DNA of 64,000 nt, from NCBI RefSeq assembly GCF_009914755.1, contig NC_060930.1; one strand, given 5' to 3'. This stretch comes from the human T2T-CHM13v2.0 reference genome, Homo sapiens. Numbering within the stretch: the first letter of the stretch is position 1; each line of letters opens with the position of its first letter. Shown here one piece after another: positions 16,585 to 29,390 of the stretch. Under the pieces are notes generated by a model that saw nothing but the letters and a program-made list of their open reading frames with translations, did no database searches and was not told where the DNA came from. A program made the translations under genes and the position numbers.

Positions 16585-17149
16585 ATCATGTTGTACACAT
16601 TACATATGTAAAATACAATAAAATAAAAAGTGTTTTGCCAAAAAAAAGAAAGAGAGAGAAAAGAGGTCTGGGTGTTGGGAGGGTGCTTACCAACGCACAG
16701 GCCCATGGCGCCACTGGAGGAGCATGTCCCAAGACTGACCGTGGTTCATAAGCTTTTCCTTGTCACTCTCTTGCTTCTCTCAGGACAGAACCCTGACTAC
16801 ACCTGGTGTGGCCAGTCGGGCTGTCCTAAAAAGCTCCGTCATCCAGCATTCTCCAGTGGGCACCTGGGGAGGCCAAGAGTGTCTTTGAATTCACCCAAGC
16901 TCTGTCTGTTTTCCTACCCTTGGGGTCTAGCTGCTACTGGGTAAGCAACTGCTGAGGAAGAAAAGGCATAAAGAAAAGGCATTTTGAAATATCAGGACAT
17001 GAATAAAGCCAAAAGTCATGCTCAGTTCAATATTCACCACAGCCAAACTGCCGCCGAGTACTAGGGAAGCATTTAAGAAGAGCAGTTTTGTCCTTTTGTG
17101 ATCTCCTTAAATGGTAGCTTTACTGCATTGACATTTGTATTTATTTTTT

Positions 17150-17560
17150 CCTTCATGACCTAACTCCCACTCACTGCCCTCCCCGGGCTTATCTCCTGCC
17201 ACCAACTCCAGACACACTGAACTGCTGGAATTCTCCAAAGACGCCCTCTCCTCTCCCTGTCCTGACCCCATGGGCAACACCTACTTACTCAGTAAGACTC
17301 AGCTCCAAAGAAACATCCCCAGAAAGCTTTTCCTAACCATTAACCACCAAGCCACGTTAGACACCCCTGCTATGTCCTTCTTCAGTGTGCTGTGCCCAAC
17401 ATCTCAGCCACATGAAATTGCCTGCTTTTCTGCCTTCACCAGGAGGCTTTTTGACAAGAAGCCCTTTAAAGGCAGAGACTGACCCTCATTCATTCACCAG
17501 CACAGTGTCTGCAATGCGCTAAGTGGTCAAGAGCAACTGCTTTCATGAATGATTAAATGA
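17150..17560 (+). mobile_element. L2 3' end
   Basis: AAGACTCAGCTC...AGAAAGCTTTTCCTAACC...CAGCACAGTGTCTGC...TGAATGA tail. Confidence 0.7.
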
Positions 17561-17826
17561 ACTTCTTTCCTCTGAGCAGTGGTTTGCAGATGAGGAGTAC
17601 AGCATGCACATGTGTGTGCGTGTGTGGGTTTGGGTTTGGCTAGAACAGTGACAAGCACCTGCAGTCTGTGGATTACAGACCACCCATCGCACTCATGTTG
17701 AAAACAGTCTCAAAACGTTTTGGCCAAAAGAAAGATGTATTGGTTCCCATCACACTAGAGAAGAAAGTGCTGAAGGGTGAGTCTGGTCTCACAAATGACG
17801 AAAACAAGAGATTCCAACACAATGTA

Positions 17827-17861
<35 letters not shown>

Positions 17862-18164
17862 TCCCTCTCCATCTCTCTTTCCATCTCTTATTTCTGCTCT
17901 GGATGAGACAGATGGGCTTTCCCCAAATGTGGAGAGAAACAGCCAACAGAAGCACTGAGCTCATGCCTTCCTGACTTCACATAAAAAGTCATCTTGTCTT
18001 GATCCTAATTTTGTCCTTTAGAAGGCTTGGGTCCTTCTGGCTTGGGTCACATGCCCCCTCACCCCCCGGCCCCCACTGCATTTATTGTGCTGAGCACTTA
18101 GTAGGCCACTCAGTAGGAAAATTCATATCCTTTAATTCAGCAAAAGTCATATCGTTTGTCTTGG

Positions 18165-18464
18165 GTTTTTTGGGGTTTTGTTTTGTTTTTGTTTTTGTTT
18201 TGAGAGGGAGTCTCCCTCTGTTGCCCAAGCTGGATTGCAATGGCATGATCTCGGCTCACTGCAACCTCCACCTCCTGGGTTCCACCCATCCTCCTGCCTC
18301 AGCCCCCAAGTAGCTGGGACTACAGGTGTGCGCCACCGCACCTGGCTAATTTTTGTATTTTTAGTAGCGATTGGGTTTCTCCATGTTGGCCAAGCTGGTT
18401 TCAAACTCCTGACTTCAGCCTCCCAAAGTGCTGGGATTACATATGTGAGTCACCCTGCCCAGCC
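18165..18464 (-). mobile_element. AluS with internal deletion in left arm
   Basis: Alu reverse complement with (TTTTTG)n tail. Confidence 0.92.
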
Positions 18465-18955
18465 TGTCTTGGTTTTTTGATCGTTAAATAATCTCCCTCT
18501 CCTCTTGCTTTCTCTGTTTTCTCACTCTGATATAATTACTGATGGATCTTCTAATTTGCTTATCTTGTTTGCTGCTACTCCTGTCTCAGTGTCCTCTTCT
18601 GCTTTGGGGAAGATTTTTTTCAACGTCACCCTTCATATTTAGTTTTACGGTTGTGCCATCTTTGTTTCAATATCCAGGAGGCTCTTTCTTGTTCTCTGAA
18701 TATTAATTTTTTTATCACCCTCATTCTTACATGCATCTTGACTCTCACCTTTTCTGAGGATATTAACTAATAGCAAGTAGTTTGTTTTCGACATTTTCTT
18801 CTGTTTCCTTCAAGTTACTCTTATTTGGGCTCTGCATTTCATCTTAGAGGCTTGGCCTCTGATGCTTAGTGATCCCTGGCTATTCATATTTAGACATAAA
18901 ACACTAAATGTTTCTTGTAAGTTCTCAGTGCTGGTGGGCTTCAAAATAGGGTGAC

Positions 18956-19498
18956 CGTGAGCGTTAATTTTATGTGTCAACATGACTGGACTACAGGATA
19001 CACAGACATTTGATCAAACATTGTTCTTAGTGTTTTTGGATGAGTTTAATGTTTAAATCCATAAACTGAGTAAAGCAAATTGCCCCCTCTGGAATGTGAT
19101 GGGCCTTATCCAATCTCAGGCCTGAATAGAAAAAAAGACCGACCCTCCTGCAAGTAAGAGAGAACGCCTCCTGCCTGAGAAGGGGTTCAGAACAGGGACA
19201 TTGTTTTAATTTTTTCCTGCCTTCAGACTCAAACTGAAATATTGGCTCTTCCTCGGTCCCCAGCCTGCCAGTTTTGGACTGGAACTATACCATTTGCTCT
19301 CCTGGTTCTCAAGCCTTCAGACTCAGACTGGAGTTAAATTGTCGGCTCTGCTGGATCTCCAGCTTGCTAAATGCAGATCTTAGGACTTGTCAGCCTCCAT
19401 AACTTCATGAGCCAATTCCTTATAGCAAATATCTTTTTATAGATACATCCTTTTTTTTTTTTTTGGTTTTATTTCTCTGGAGAACCGAGGATAATACA
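18956..19498 (+). mobile_element. MLT2-family 5' LTR of an ERV-L provirus
   Basis: GTTAATTTTATGTGTCAAC start motif; ends CTCTGGAGAACC...TAATACA, followed by the ERVL internal start GATTTTGGTGCC. Confidence 0.9.
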
Positions 19499-21272
19499 GA
19501 TTTTGGTGCCAAGCGTGCTTCTAGAGGAACAATGTTTTAAGGTCGAGTTTTCTAAATGATTTCTGGGATATTTGCAATTTTCTCTAATTAGATTTAAAGA
19601 TGCTCATGACTCTATTTCCAGCAGTAAAGAGTGCACTGATAGCCCACGGCATGCTCTGGCAATAGAGATATACAAAATATTACCATTGGCTACTTCTAAT
19701 CAGCCACTTACAAGAAGCAAGGCTGTATGTGACTGTATATGTGATACTTTAGAACATTTTTGTCAAAATAATGAATATTGTGAGATTGGTGGATGGCTCT
19801 TAATGTGGCTAGACAAACTGGTGGGTGGGGTAGAATGAGTCCAGGGATTCAAGTTCGCAGCTCATACACCACATAAATGACCTAAGAGCTTCTCTGTATG
19901 CTGTGAAAGAGACCCTTATCTCCTATAGCAGAACCGAGATTGCTGAAAATCAAACCCAGAATCTCAACCTGCAACTCACTGGATTATGACACAAATTGAA
20001 CTCCCAGCATCACAAGGTGTCCACTGTTAAAGTGAGGACACTGATGGAGAAGGCATGAATCCTGCAATTTGGAATGGGGACATGAGGGAAGACATTGAAT
20101 GGGGACATTGAGCCCCTAAATTCTGATGAGTCTTCTCTGAAGTCTTCTTTGAGTGGAAACAGCCTCTCTACCCCAGTGAAAGCAGCAGCTTCCATACCCC
20201 TGTCTGAGAGAATTAATCCTGTGTGGCCTGAGGAAACTGTAATGACGTCCCTGAGGGAGTTGTCATGAAGACAATGCTGATTCTTTTCAGGACCCGTCCC
20301 ATCACCTCTCTTTGCTTCTAGACCTATAACTAGACTAAAGGGCCAACAGACCCCTAAAGATAAGGCACAAAATGTGATCCATGAGTTGGTATTCTATACT
20401 CCAAAAGAACTACTTTAGTTTTCTAATTTATACAGATAGAAATCTGTGAACATATGTTGGAATGACATTAAAGATGTGGGATAATGGTGGAAGGAGTGTA
20501 AAGTTGGATCAGGTCAAATTTATTGATATGGACTCACAAAGCAGAGTCTGAATTTAATGTTGTATCTTGGGAAATTAGAAAGGGCTCTAATAGTTTGTTT
20601 GGTTGAATGGCTGAAATGTGGACCAGAAGGTGACCCGTAGTGAGCAAGTGGGAAATGCCAGATCTGCCTTGGTTTCACGAAGAGGAAGGGATTGAAAGGT
20701 GTAAGGAGACTGGAATGTTATAGTGGATTTGTCATTTAAGACCTGCTCACTCACCAAAACATATAGTTTTCACCAGTGTTGTGAGAAATAAATTTGTGAG
20801 GGGAGCCCAGCATCCTTGAAGAGCTCTGCGATTGCTCTTCTCTGTGGTCCACACCTGATGATGGGAGCCACAGCGCTAACTGGAAAACCTAAATGGAATG
20901 GGAGTAGATTCCAGCGTGGCAGGAGCCAAGGGGCAGCACTCAACCACCAGAGGCAAGATGGGAATGGTTACCATACAGGGTCCAGGCAGCAATCAGAATG
21001 GTTTGACTTGCACAGACCTATGGCATTGGCTCATTGAAGATGATGCTTCTGGAATTGAATAGATAATAGGCCTATTAAATTCTTACTTTATCTATATAAA
21101 CGGAAAAGTTCTAAGTCAAGTGAACAAAAGCCTAACCTGAATCATAACAACAGCATGGCCCCTCAAGCAATTTCCAGCCTTGAGCCAGTTTACAGACCCA
21201 GAATCCTTGAATGAAGGGGAGGCCAGGTCCCCTTGAGGAAGAATCCAAGTATACTGCAAAAAAAAAAACAGG

Positions 21273-21574
21273 TTTTTGTTTGTTTTTGAGACAGGGTCTC
21301 ACTCTGTCACCCAGGCTGGAGTGCAGTGACATGATCACAGCTCACTGCAGCCTCGACCTCCTGGGCTCAAGTGATCCTCCCACCTCAGCCTACTGAGTAG
21401 CTGGGACCACAGGCAGATGTCATCACACCTGGTTAATTTTTTTATTTCAATTTTTGTAGAGACAAGTTCTCCCTATGTTGTCCAGGCTAGTCTTGAAATT
21501 CTGGGCTCAAGTGATCCTCCTGCCTCAGCCTCCCAGAGTGCTGGGATTACAGGCGTGGGCCATCACTCCTGGCC
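21273..21574 (-). mobile_element. AluJ inserted in the ERV-L
   Basis: Alu reverse complement; flanks TGCAAAAA. Confidence 0.92.
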
Positions 21575-22457
21575 TGCAAAAATTTATAACGTTAATCTTT
21601 TTTCCAGTCTTACCCAAAGGGACATACAGCTTTTTGCCAGGGCAATTGTGCACTGAGAAGAAGGAAATAATCAAACATTTTAGGGACTACTGAATGCTAA
21701 TTCCACAATACCCAAAATGTCACTGTGGCCCACCAGTCAAAATAGATCAGATGAAAGTCAGATAATCACTGTAGTTTTAGCTCAAGTCCATTTCACAGGG
21801 AGCCCATTAGGTCTCTGAATCTATCCTGTAATTATTTCCCCAGTTCCAGAATGTGTAATTGAAATAGATATACACATCATCTGGCAGAATCCCCACATTG
21901 GTTCTGTTTACCTGTGGAAAGAGCGCTATGATGGTGAGAAAGGCCAAGTTGAAGCCATTAGAACTGCCTCTACCTAGGAAAATAGTAACCAAAAGAAATA
22001 CTGCATTCCTGGAGGGATTTCTGAGATTAGTGCCACTATCAAGGACTTGAAAGGATGCAGAAGTGGTATTCCCGCCACATCCCCATTCAACTCACCTATC
22101 TGGGCTGGGCAAAAGAAAGATGAATCTCAGAGAGTGACAGTGAATTATCATAATTATCATACACTTAACCAAGCAGTGATTCCTATTGCAGCTGCTTTAC
22201 CTGATGTGGTTTCATTGCTTGAACAAATTAACACATATCTTGGAACCTGGTATGTAGCTATTGATCCAACAAATGCTTTTTTTCTCCATACCTGTCAATA
22301 AGGACCACCTGAAGCAGTTTGCTTTCAGTTTGCTGACAAGACCAGAAATATACCTTCACTATTCTAGCTCAGGAGTATATCAAGACTCTCCAGCCCTATG
22401 TCATAATTTTGTCTGCAGGGATCGTGATCTTCTTTCCCTTTTGCAAGATAACACACT

Positions 22458-22823
22458 TGCCTTAGTCAACTCAGGCTGCCATAACAAAATACCGTAGACT
22501 GGGTGACTCAAGTGGGGGAAATTTATTTCTCACTGTTCTGGAGTCTGGGTAGTACAAGATCAAGATGCCGGCTGATTTGACTCCCAGTAGGGTCTCGCTA
22601 TGGCCTCACATGGCCTTTCCTTGGTGCATTCATGAAGAGAGAGAGAGGAGAACTCATCTTCCTCTTCCTATTAGGGTGTTAATCCCATCATGACGGCCCA
22701 ACCCTCATGACCTCTCCTAACCCTAATTAACTTCCAAAGGCCCCATCTCCAAATATCATCACATTGGGGTGCTGATTAGGGTGCAATGTATGAATTTGTG
22801 GGGTGCGCAAACAGTCAACAACA
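22458..22823 (-). mobile_element. MaLR solo LTR (MLT1A0-like) inserted in ERV-L RT
   Basis: CTTAGTC...GGCTGCCATAACAAAATACC.TAGACTGGGT...TTTATTTCTCAC.GTTCTGGAG. Confidence 0.87.
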
Positions 22824-24605
22824 CTGTTTCAGGCACTGAAGACATAATGCTGATTGGACTACCAACCAAAAAGTTGCAACTACCCTAGACTTATTGGTAA
22901 GACATCTGTGTGTCAGAGATTGGGAAATAAATTTGACAAAAATTCAGGAGGCTTCTATGTCAGTGAAATTTCTAGGGGTCCAGTGGCATGGGGCATGTCT
23001 AGATATCCTTTCTAAGGTGAAGGTTAAGTTGTTGTACCTGGTAAGTTGTTGTAGGCCCAGCCTACAACCCAAAAAGAGGCATAGTCCCCCAATGGGCTTC
23101 TTTAAATTTTGAAGGCAACAGATTCCTCATTTGGTGTGTTGCTCCAGCCCATTTACCAAGTGACCCAAAAAGCAGCTGGTTCTGAGTGGGATCCAGAACA
23201 AGGGGAGGTTCTGCAACAGGCTGCGGTGCCAGCTGTTCTGCCACTTGATCCGGCCATGTGAGCCAGCAGATGTGGTGGTGTCTGGAGTGTCTGCAGCAGA
23301 TATGGGTGCTGTTTGGAGCTTTTGGCAGGCCTCTGCCAGTGAATCGCAGTGCAGGCCCTTGGGATTTGAAGCAATCCCAATTTGATTGCTTCAATCAAAT
23401 GAGATAGGATGACCCATTCTCTGCTGATCATCACCCTTCTTTTGAAAAACAGCTCTGACCCTGCTCATGGGCCCTAGTAGAGACTGAATTATTGACCATG
23501 GGCCACCAAGTTACCATGTGACCTGAGCTACCATCATGAGCTGGGTGTTATCTAATACATCAAGTCATAAAGTTGGGTGTGCTACTGATGTGGTTTCATT
23601 GCTTGAACAAATTAACACATATCTTGGAATCTGCTATGCAGCTATTGTTCCAACAAATGCTTTTTTCTCCGTACCTATCAATAAGGACCACCTGAAGTCA
23701 CGTATATACCGCCATCAAATGGGAGTGGTATATACGTAACTAAGTCCATGCAAGTCCTGAAGGCACAAGTAAGTTACATGAAGAAGGGGCCCAAATGCCT
23801 GTGGTCCCCCTCCCTACTATAAGATACTGTGTTTCTCTCTCAGCCTGCACCTGTGGCCTCATAGAGAGTATCCAATGACTAGTTGACAGAGGAAGAGAAG
23901 AGTTTGACCTGCTGTTTACAGGTGGTTCTCCTGACAGCCAGGCATTGCCTGAAAATGGATAGCTGCGACACTATAGCCCTTCCGTGAGACATCCCTGAAG
24001 GACAGTGGTGAAGGACAGCCCTCCCAGGAAGCATAACTTTGGGCAGTGTACTTGGCTGTGCACTTTGCTTGGAAGGAGAAATAGCCAGACATGTGATTAT
24101 ATATCTATTCATGGGTTGTGGCCAATGGTTTGACTGAATGGTCAGGAAATTGGTAGGAATATGATTGGAAAATTCCTGTCAAGGAAATTTGGGGAAGAGA
24201 TATGTGGACAGATCTCTCCGAATGAGCAAAGAATGTAAAGATATTTATGTCCCATATGAATGTTCACCAAAGGGTGACATCAGCAGAGGGTAATAATAAG
24301 GTAGATAGGATGACCCATTCTGTGGATACCAGTCAGCCACTTTCCCTAGCCCTGTGGGCTCTTGAACAAAGTGTCCATGATGGTAAGGAGGAGGGGGTAA
24401 CACATGGATCCGCAACATGAACTTCCACTTACCAGGGGCAGCCTGGCTACAGGCTACTGCTGAGTGCTCCATTTTCCAGCAGCAGAGACCAATACTGACA
24501 TCAATCCCCCCAATACGACATCAATCCCCAGGTAATCACCCAGCAGGTTGGTGGCAGATTGGTTATATTGTACCCCTTCCATCATGGAAGGGGGAGAGTT
24601 TTATT

Positions 24606-24736
24606 CTTTTTTTAAAAAAATAGAGACAGGGTCTTCCTCTGTTGCCCAGGCTGATCTTGAACTCCGAGGCTCAAGGGATCCTTCCACCTCAGCCTCCAAA
24701 ACTGCTGGGATTACAGGCACGAGCCACCATACCTGG
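24606..24736 (-). mobile_element. FLAM inserted in ERV-L integrase
   Basis: Monomeric Alu; TSD GAGAGTTTTATTCTT. Confidence 0.9.
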
Positions 24737-26101
24737 TTGAGAGTTTTATTCTTACTAGACAGAAGCTTACTCTGGATACAGATTTGCCTTCCTGCATGCA
24801 ATGCTTCTGCCACAACTGCACTCCATGAACTTATGGAATGACTTATCCACCATCATGGTATTCCACACAGCATTACTTCTCATGGAGGAACTCAATGCAC
24901 TTCACAGCAAATGAAGTATAGCAGTGGACCCAAGCTCATGGAATTCACCATCCTGAAGCAGCTCCCTTGCCAGAACAGTAGAATGGCCTTTTGAAGACTC
25001 AGTTCCTGCGCCAGTTAGGTGGCAATACTCTGCAGGCCTGGGGCAAGGTTCTCCAGAAGGTTATATATGTTCTGAGTCAGCATCCAATATATGTTGCTAT
25101 TTCTTCCATAGCCAGGTTTCACGGGTCCAGGAATCAAGGGATGGAAATGGGAGTGGCACCACTCACTATTACCCCTAGTAACCTACCAGCAAAGTTTTTG
25201 TTTCCTATTCCAGAGACCATATGATCTAAAGGTCTAGAGGTCTTGATTCCAAAGGAGGGAATGCTTCCAGCAGAAGACACAACAATTCCACTGAACTAGA
25301 AGTTAAGATGCCCACCCAGCCACTTTGGGCTCCTCATGCCTCTGAATCAACAAACAAACAAGGGAGTTACTGTTTTGGTTACAGTGAATAATCCTGACTA
25401 CCACAAGGAAGTTGGACTGCTACTCCATAATGGATGGAAGGAAGAGTCTGTCTGGAATACGGCAGGTTCCTTAGGGCATCTCTTAGCGTTTAAGGTGATG
25501 CCTCTCAATCACATATCCTGTGATTAAGTTCAACAGGAAGATACAACAACCCAATCCAGGCAGTTTTACTAATGGTCCAAATCCTTCAGGAATAAAGATC
25601 CTGGCCACCCACCAGGTAACATATCATGACCAGCTAAGGTGCTTGCTGAAGGTAAAAGGAAATACAAAATGTGAGTACTAAAAGAGGGTAGTTATAAATA
25701 CCAGCTATGATCACATGACCAGCTACAAAAACAAGGACTGTAATTGCCATGAGTATTTCCTCCTTATTTTGTTATGAATGTATGAGTATAAAGTAAAGCA
25801 AATACCTTTGTTTTCTTCCCTCTCATTTCCTTATCATGTAACATAAGACATATTGACTTTCTGTTATAGTGTTTATGTATTGTTAATTTTACATCATCGT
25901 GTTTAAGTTATATGAAGGAGAAGAGTAAACATCACTCAAGGACTTTACCTCCTCTCTGGGAAGGGATTGGTGCATATTGAGTTGTACACATCACAGTTAT
26001 GTTATGTTAAACAGAATTATGACCTTGTTATTGTCTTCGTTTGGAGGTTAAATATGGCTTAATGAGATGCATATGGGAATCAAGTTAATAAAGGATGGAC
26101 T

Positions 26102-26211
26102 CGTGATGGTAACTTTATTTGTTGACTTGCCTGGGCCACAGGTGCACGGATATTTGATGAAACATTATCCTGAGTATTTCTATAAGATAAACATACGTAT
26201 TAATCTGCTGG
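26102..26211 (+). mobile_element. Truncated MLT2 3' LTR
   Basis: CGTGATGGTAACTTTATTTGTTGACTTG...GATATTTGATGAAACATTAT is homologous to the start of the 5' LTR. Confidence 0.8.
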
Positions 26212-26520
26212 GGCCAGGCGCAGTGGCTTACGCCTGTAATCCCAGCACTTTGGGAGATCGAGGTGTGTGGATCACCTGAGGTCAGGAGTTTGAGACAAGC
26301 CTGGCCAACATGGTAAAACCCCATCTCTACTAAAAATATAAAAATTAGCCGGGCGTGGTGGTGCACACCTATAATTGCAGCTTCTCAGGAGGCTGAGGCA
26401 GGAAAATCATTTGAACCCAGGAGGCTGAGGTTGCAGTGAGTTGTAGATTGTGCCACTGCACTCCAGCCTGGACACCAGAGCGAGACTCTGTCTCAAAAAA
26501 AAAAAAAAAAAAAAAAAAAA
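26212..26520 (+). mobile_element. AluS
   Basis: Dimeric Alu with long A tail. Confidence 0.95.
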
Positions 26521-26535
26521 GACTATCTCGTCGAC

Positions 26536-26695
26536 GACATATGGGTGTGAGGTCTCTTTTGGGGGTGATGAAATATTCTAAAATTGATTGTGGTTATGGA
26601 TGCGCATACCAAAAACCATTGAATTGTGCACTTTAAATAGGTGAATTGTGTGATATATAAATTACGTATCTATAAACCTGTAATTTTTTTAAAAA
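26536..26695 (+). mobile_element. Old L1M 3' terminus
   Basis: GGGGTGATGAAATATTCTAAAATTGATTGTGG...CATTGAATTGTGCACTTTAAA. Confidence 0.8.
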
Positions 26696-28073
26696 GACTT
26701 CATGGAGCTGTAGTCTTTGACAATACCAAAGATCGAAGCTCTATATACTAAGTTCAAACATGGATCATGAATGGGGAGGTAGATTAATGAATCTGTGAGA
26801 AAATAAATATTCAAAATATGTTTTAAAATTCATCATAACTCCCAAGAAAAGAACAATTAAGCATTTCTACAAGTTTTTGTGCTGTAATTCAAGACAAATA
26901 TTTACGTTTGAAAGTGTGAACTCACAAAAGATAAATCAGCTCAGGTGAGGCAATTTCATACAATCCATCGATTTAAAAATATAAAATTTAGGGGCTTAAG
27001 TAAGTTCACTTTAGATGCTTGTGACTTGAACAGCTGTCAAAATAGCATTTTGTGGTGGATATTTTTTCATAAACTTTATTGAAGGATGTTTTCAGATATT
27101 TCTGTGGATGCCAGCTGTTAGGTTTAGGGGAAAAGCATCTTGTTATTTGGGGACATGTCAAAGCCAGAAGCCACATTCAGTTTATATTTCTGCATCAATT
27201 AAATTGCAGTCAGGAAGTAGAAAAGTGTCCAGGAAAATTTCAATCAGGTACCAGAAATCCACAAGGATAGTGTTGTTCAGCAACCACTTTGTGGATACAA
27301 TGAGGGGAAATGACCCACTAGATGAGCAACATCTGGAGCTATCCAAATGCATTACTCCAGATCTGGTCAGTTTTAATGTCATGAGAGTGATGATACCATC
27401 ATTTTAAAATACATTTCAGTTTAAGTGCCAAACGGAGTTGCAAACAGTATAATTCTGTGTGGCATGGAACATTTGTTCTCCTAACATCCTGGAAAGTAAT
27501 ACTTGTTTTTCAGTTTGTGTTTTTATGGCTGGCTGATACTGTGCTCTTACTTTTTAAGCCAAAACCTCATCCCTCAAGAAACAAAAACAAAATCCCCCAA
27601 ACCCAGCAATTAACAGACCAGCTGGCCCTGTGTCTAAGAGAAAGTGGACTGAGATAGACTCACATGACCTGACTTCCAGCGGGTGGCATATTTGCTATGT
27701 ACGTGAGCTTAATCTCATCACAAGATCTCTGACCTTCAGTTTCCTTATTTATTAAATGGGTACAAAGGTGCCAGTCTATCCTGACTCACAGGGTCAGGGC
27801 AAAGAGCAATAAGATAATGAGTGTGGATGTGATTTATCAACTACAAATTATTAGAAGTGTAAATTAGCATTCCAAGTGGCAGGGATACATAGGAGAAAAA
27901 GAAAAAAAAAAGAGGAGAAATAATAAGTGGGACCTTCCCAAGGAAAGCAATTCTTACCTCTAATTCTAACAATTTTAAGATAAAAGGGATGCTTAAGTAG
28001 TACATACTAGGAAAACTTTCGATGCATGCTTTCTGTATTAAATACCTACTGACATTGCCTCACCCATCCTGTT

Positions 28074-28085
28074 TCTCTCTCTCTC

Positions 28086-28140
<55 letters not shown>
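28074..28140. repeat. Compound (TC)n(CA)25 microsatellite
   Basis: Read directly. Confidence 0.97.
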
Positions 28141-28143
<3 letters not shown>

Positions 28144-28718
28144 CCCACAATCCATTGCTTCATAATCCCCCCCTCAAATGCTACTCTGTGGAGATAATTC
28201 AATCACAGCCACAGTAACTAAGTCAATTTATAGAAAATACAGTAGAAAATTATTCTACTTATCCAGTTCTGAACCGCCTTGCACTGTTCTGTGTGGTACC
28301 TTTCCAAGGACCTGCTAAAAAACTGAGGTGATTCCTGTTTGCCAAGAGTTGGGCATCTCAACAGCATGAGAAAACATTATTTTGGTCAATAATTGGCACA
28401 GTGATCAGGATATCAAGTGAGGAGTTTCCTAGGCCTTGGAGACATGGCTACCCAGTTTCAAATTAGGTGGTGGAGAACTTATCTCAAATTTTGCAGAGAC
28501 ACAGAAAAAAATGGAGTTATCAATTACTATCATTATCAAGCAAGAATTATATTTAATTCTCATTTGTCTCTAGGTAATGAAACTTTGATGCCTTCAACAA
28601 TGGTGGAATTATTTAATTCACCAAACTGGCCCCTGGATAACATCCTTCAGGAAACAGAAGAAAATAATGGCATGGTGATAGTCTGTGTCTGCTGCTGGAG
28701 CCAAGGGTGAGTTAGTCA

Positions 28719-29186
<468 letters not shown>

Positions 29187-29208
29187 TTAATGGAATAAAA
29201 TATTAATA

Positions 29209-29390
29209 TTAGGTTGGTGCAGAAGTAATTGCAGTTTTTGCCATTACTTTTAATGGCAAAATATCCTTATTTCAATAATATACTTATTCAAATATAAGAT
29301 ACCTAAGACATTTTCAATATCTTATTCAAACACGATGTTTTGCCATTACTTCTAATGACAAAAATCGCAATTACTTTTACACCAACCTAA
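29209..29390. mobile_element. MADE1 (Hsmar1-derived mariner MITE) with an internal insertion
   Basis: TA|TTAGGTTGGTGCAGAAGTAATTGC ... GCAATTACTTTTACACCAACCTAA|TA. Confidence 0.93.

Larger units (their letters stand above)
19499..26101 (+). mobile_element. ERV-L internal region (gag-pro-RT-RNaseH-integrase-dUTPase, no env), all reading frames decayed
   Basis: RT remnant TSPFNSPIW...PDVVSLLEQINT..GTWYVAIDPTNAFF; SVKFLGVQW; IN remnant WWQIGYIVPLPSWKG; dUTPase remnant MPLNQQTNKGVTVL...NPDYHKEVGLLLHNG; PPT-like AAGGATGGAC before the 3' LTR. Confidence 0.92.

Noticed and set aside
20070-20112. Repeat of GAATGGGGACAT in ERV-L gag
   Set aside because: Largely matches a repeated motif I recall from the ERVL consensus itself.
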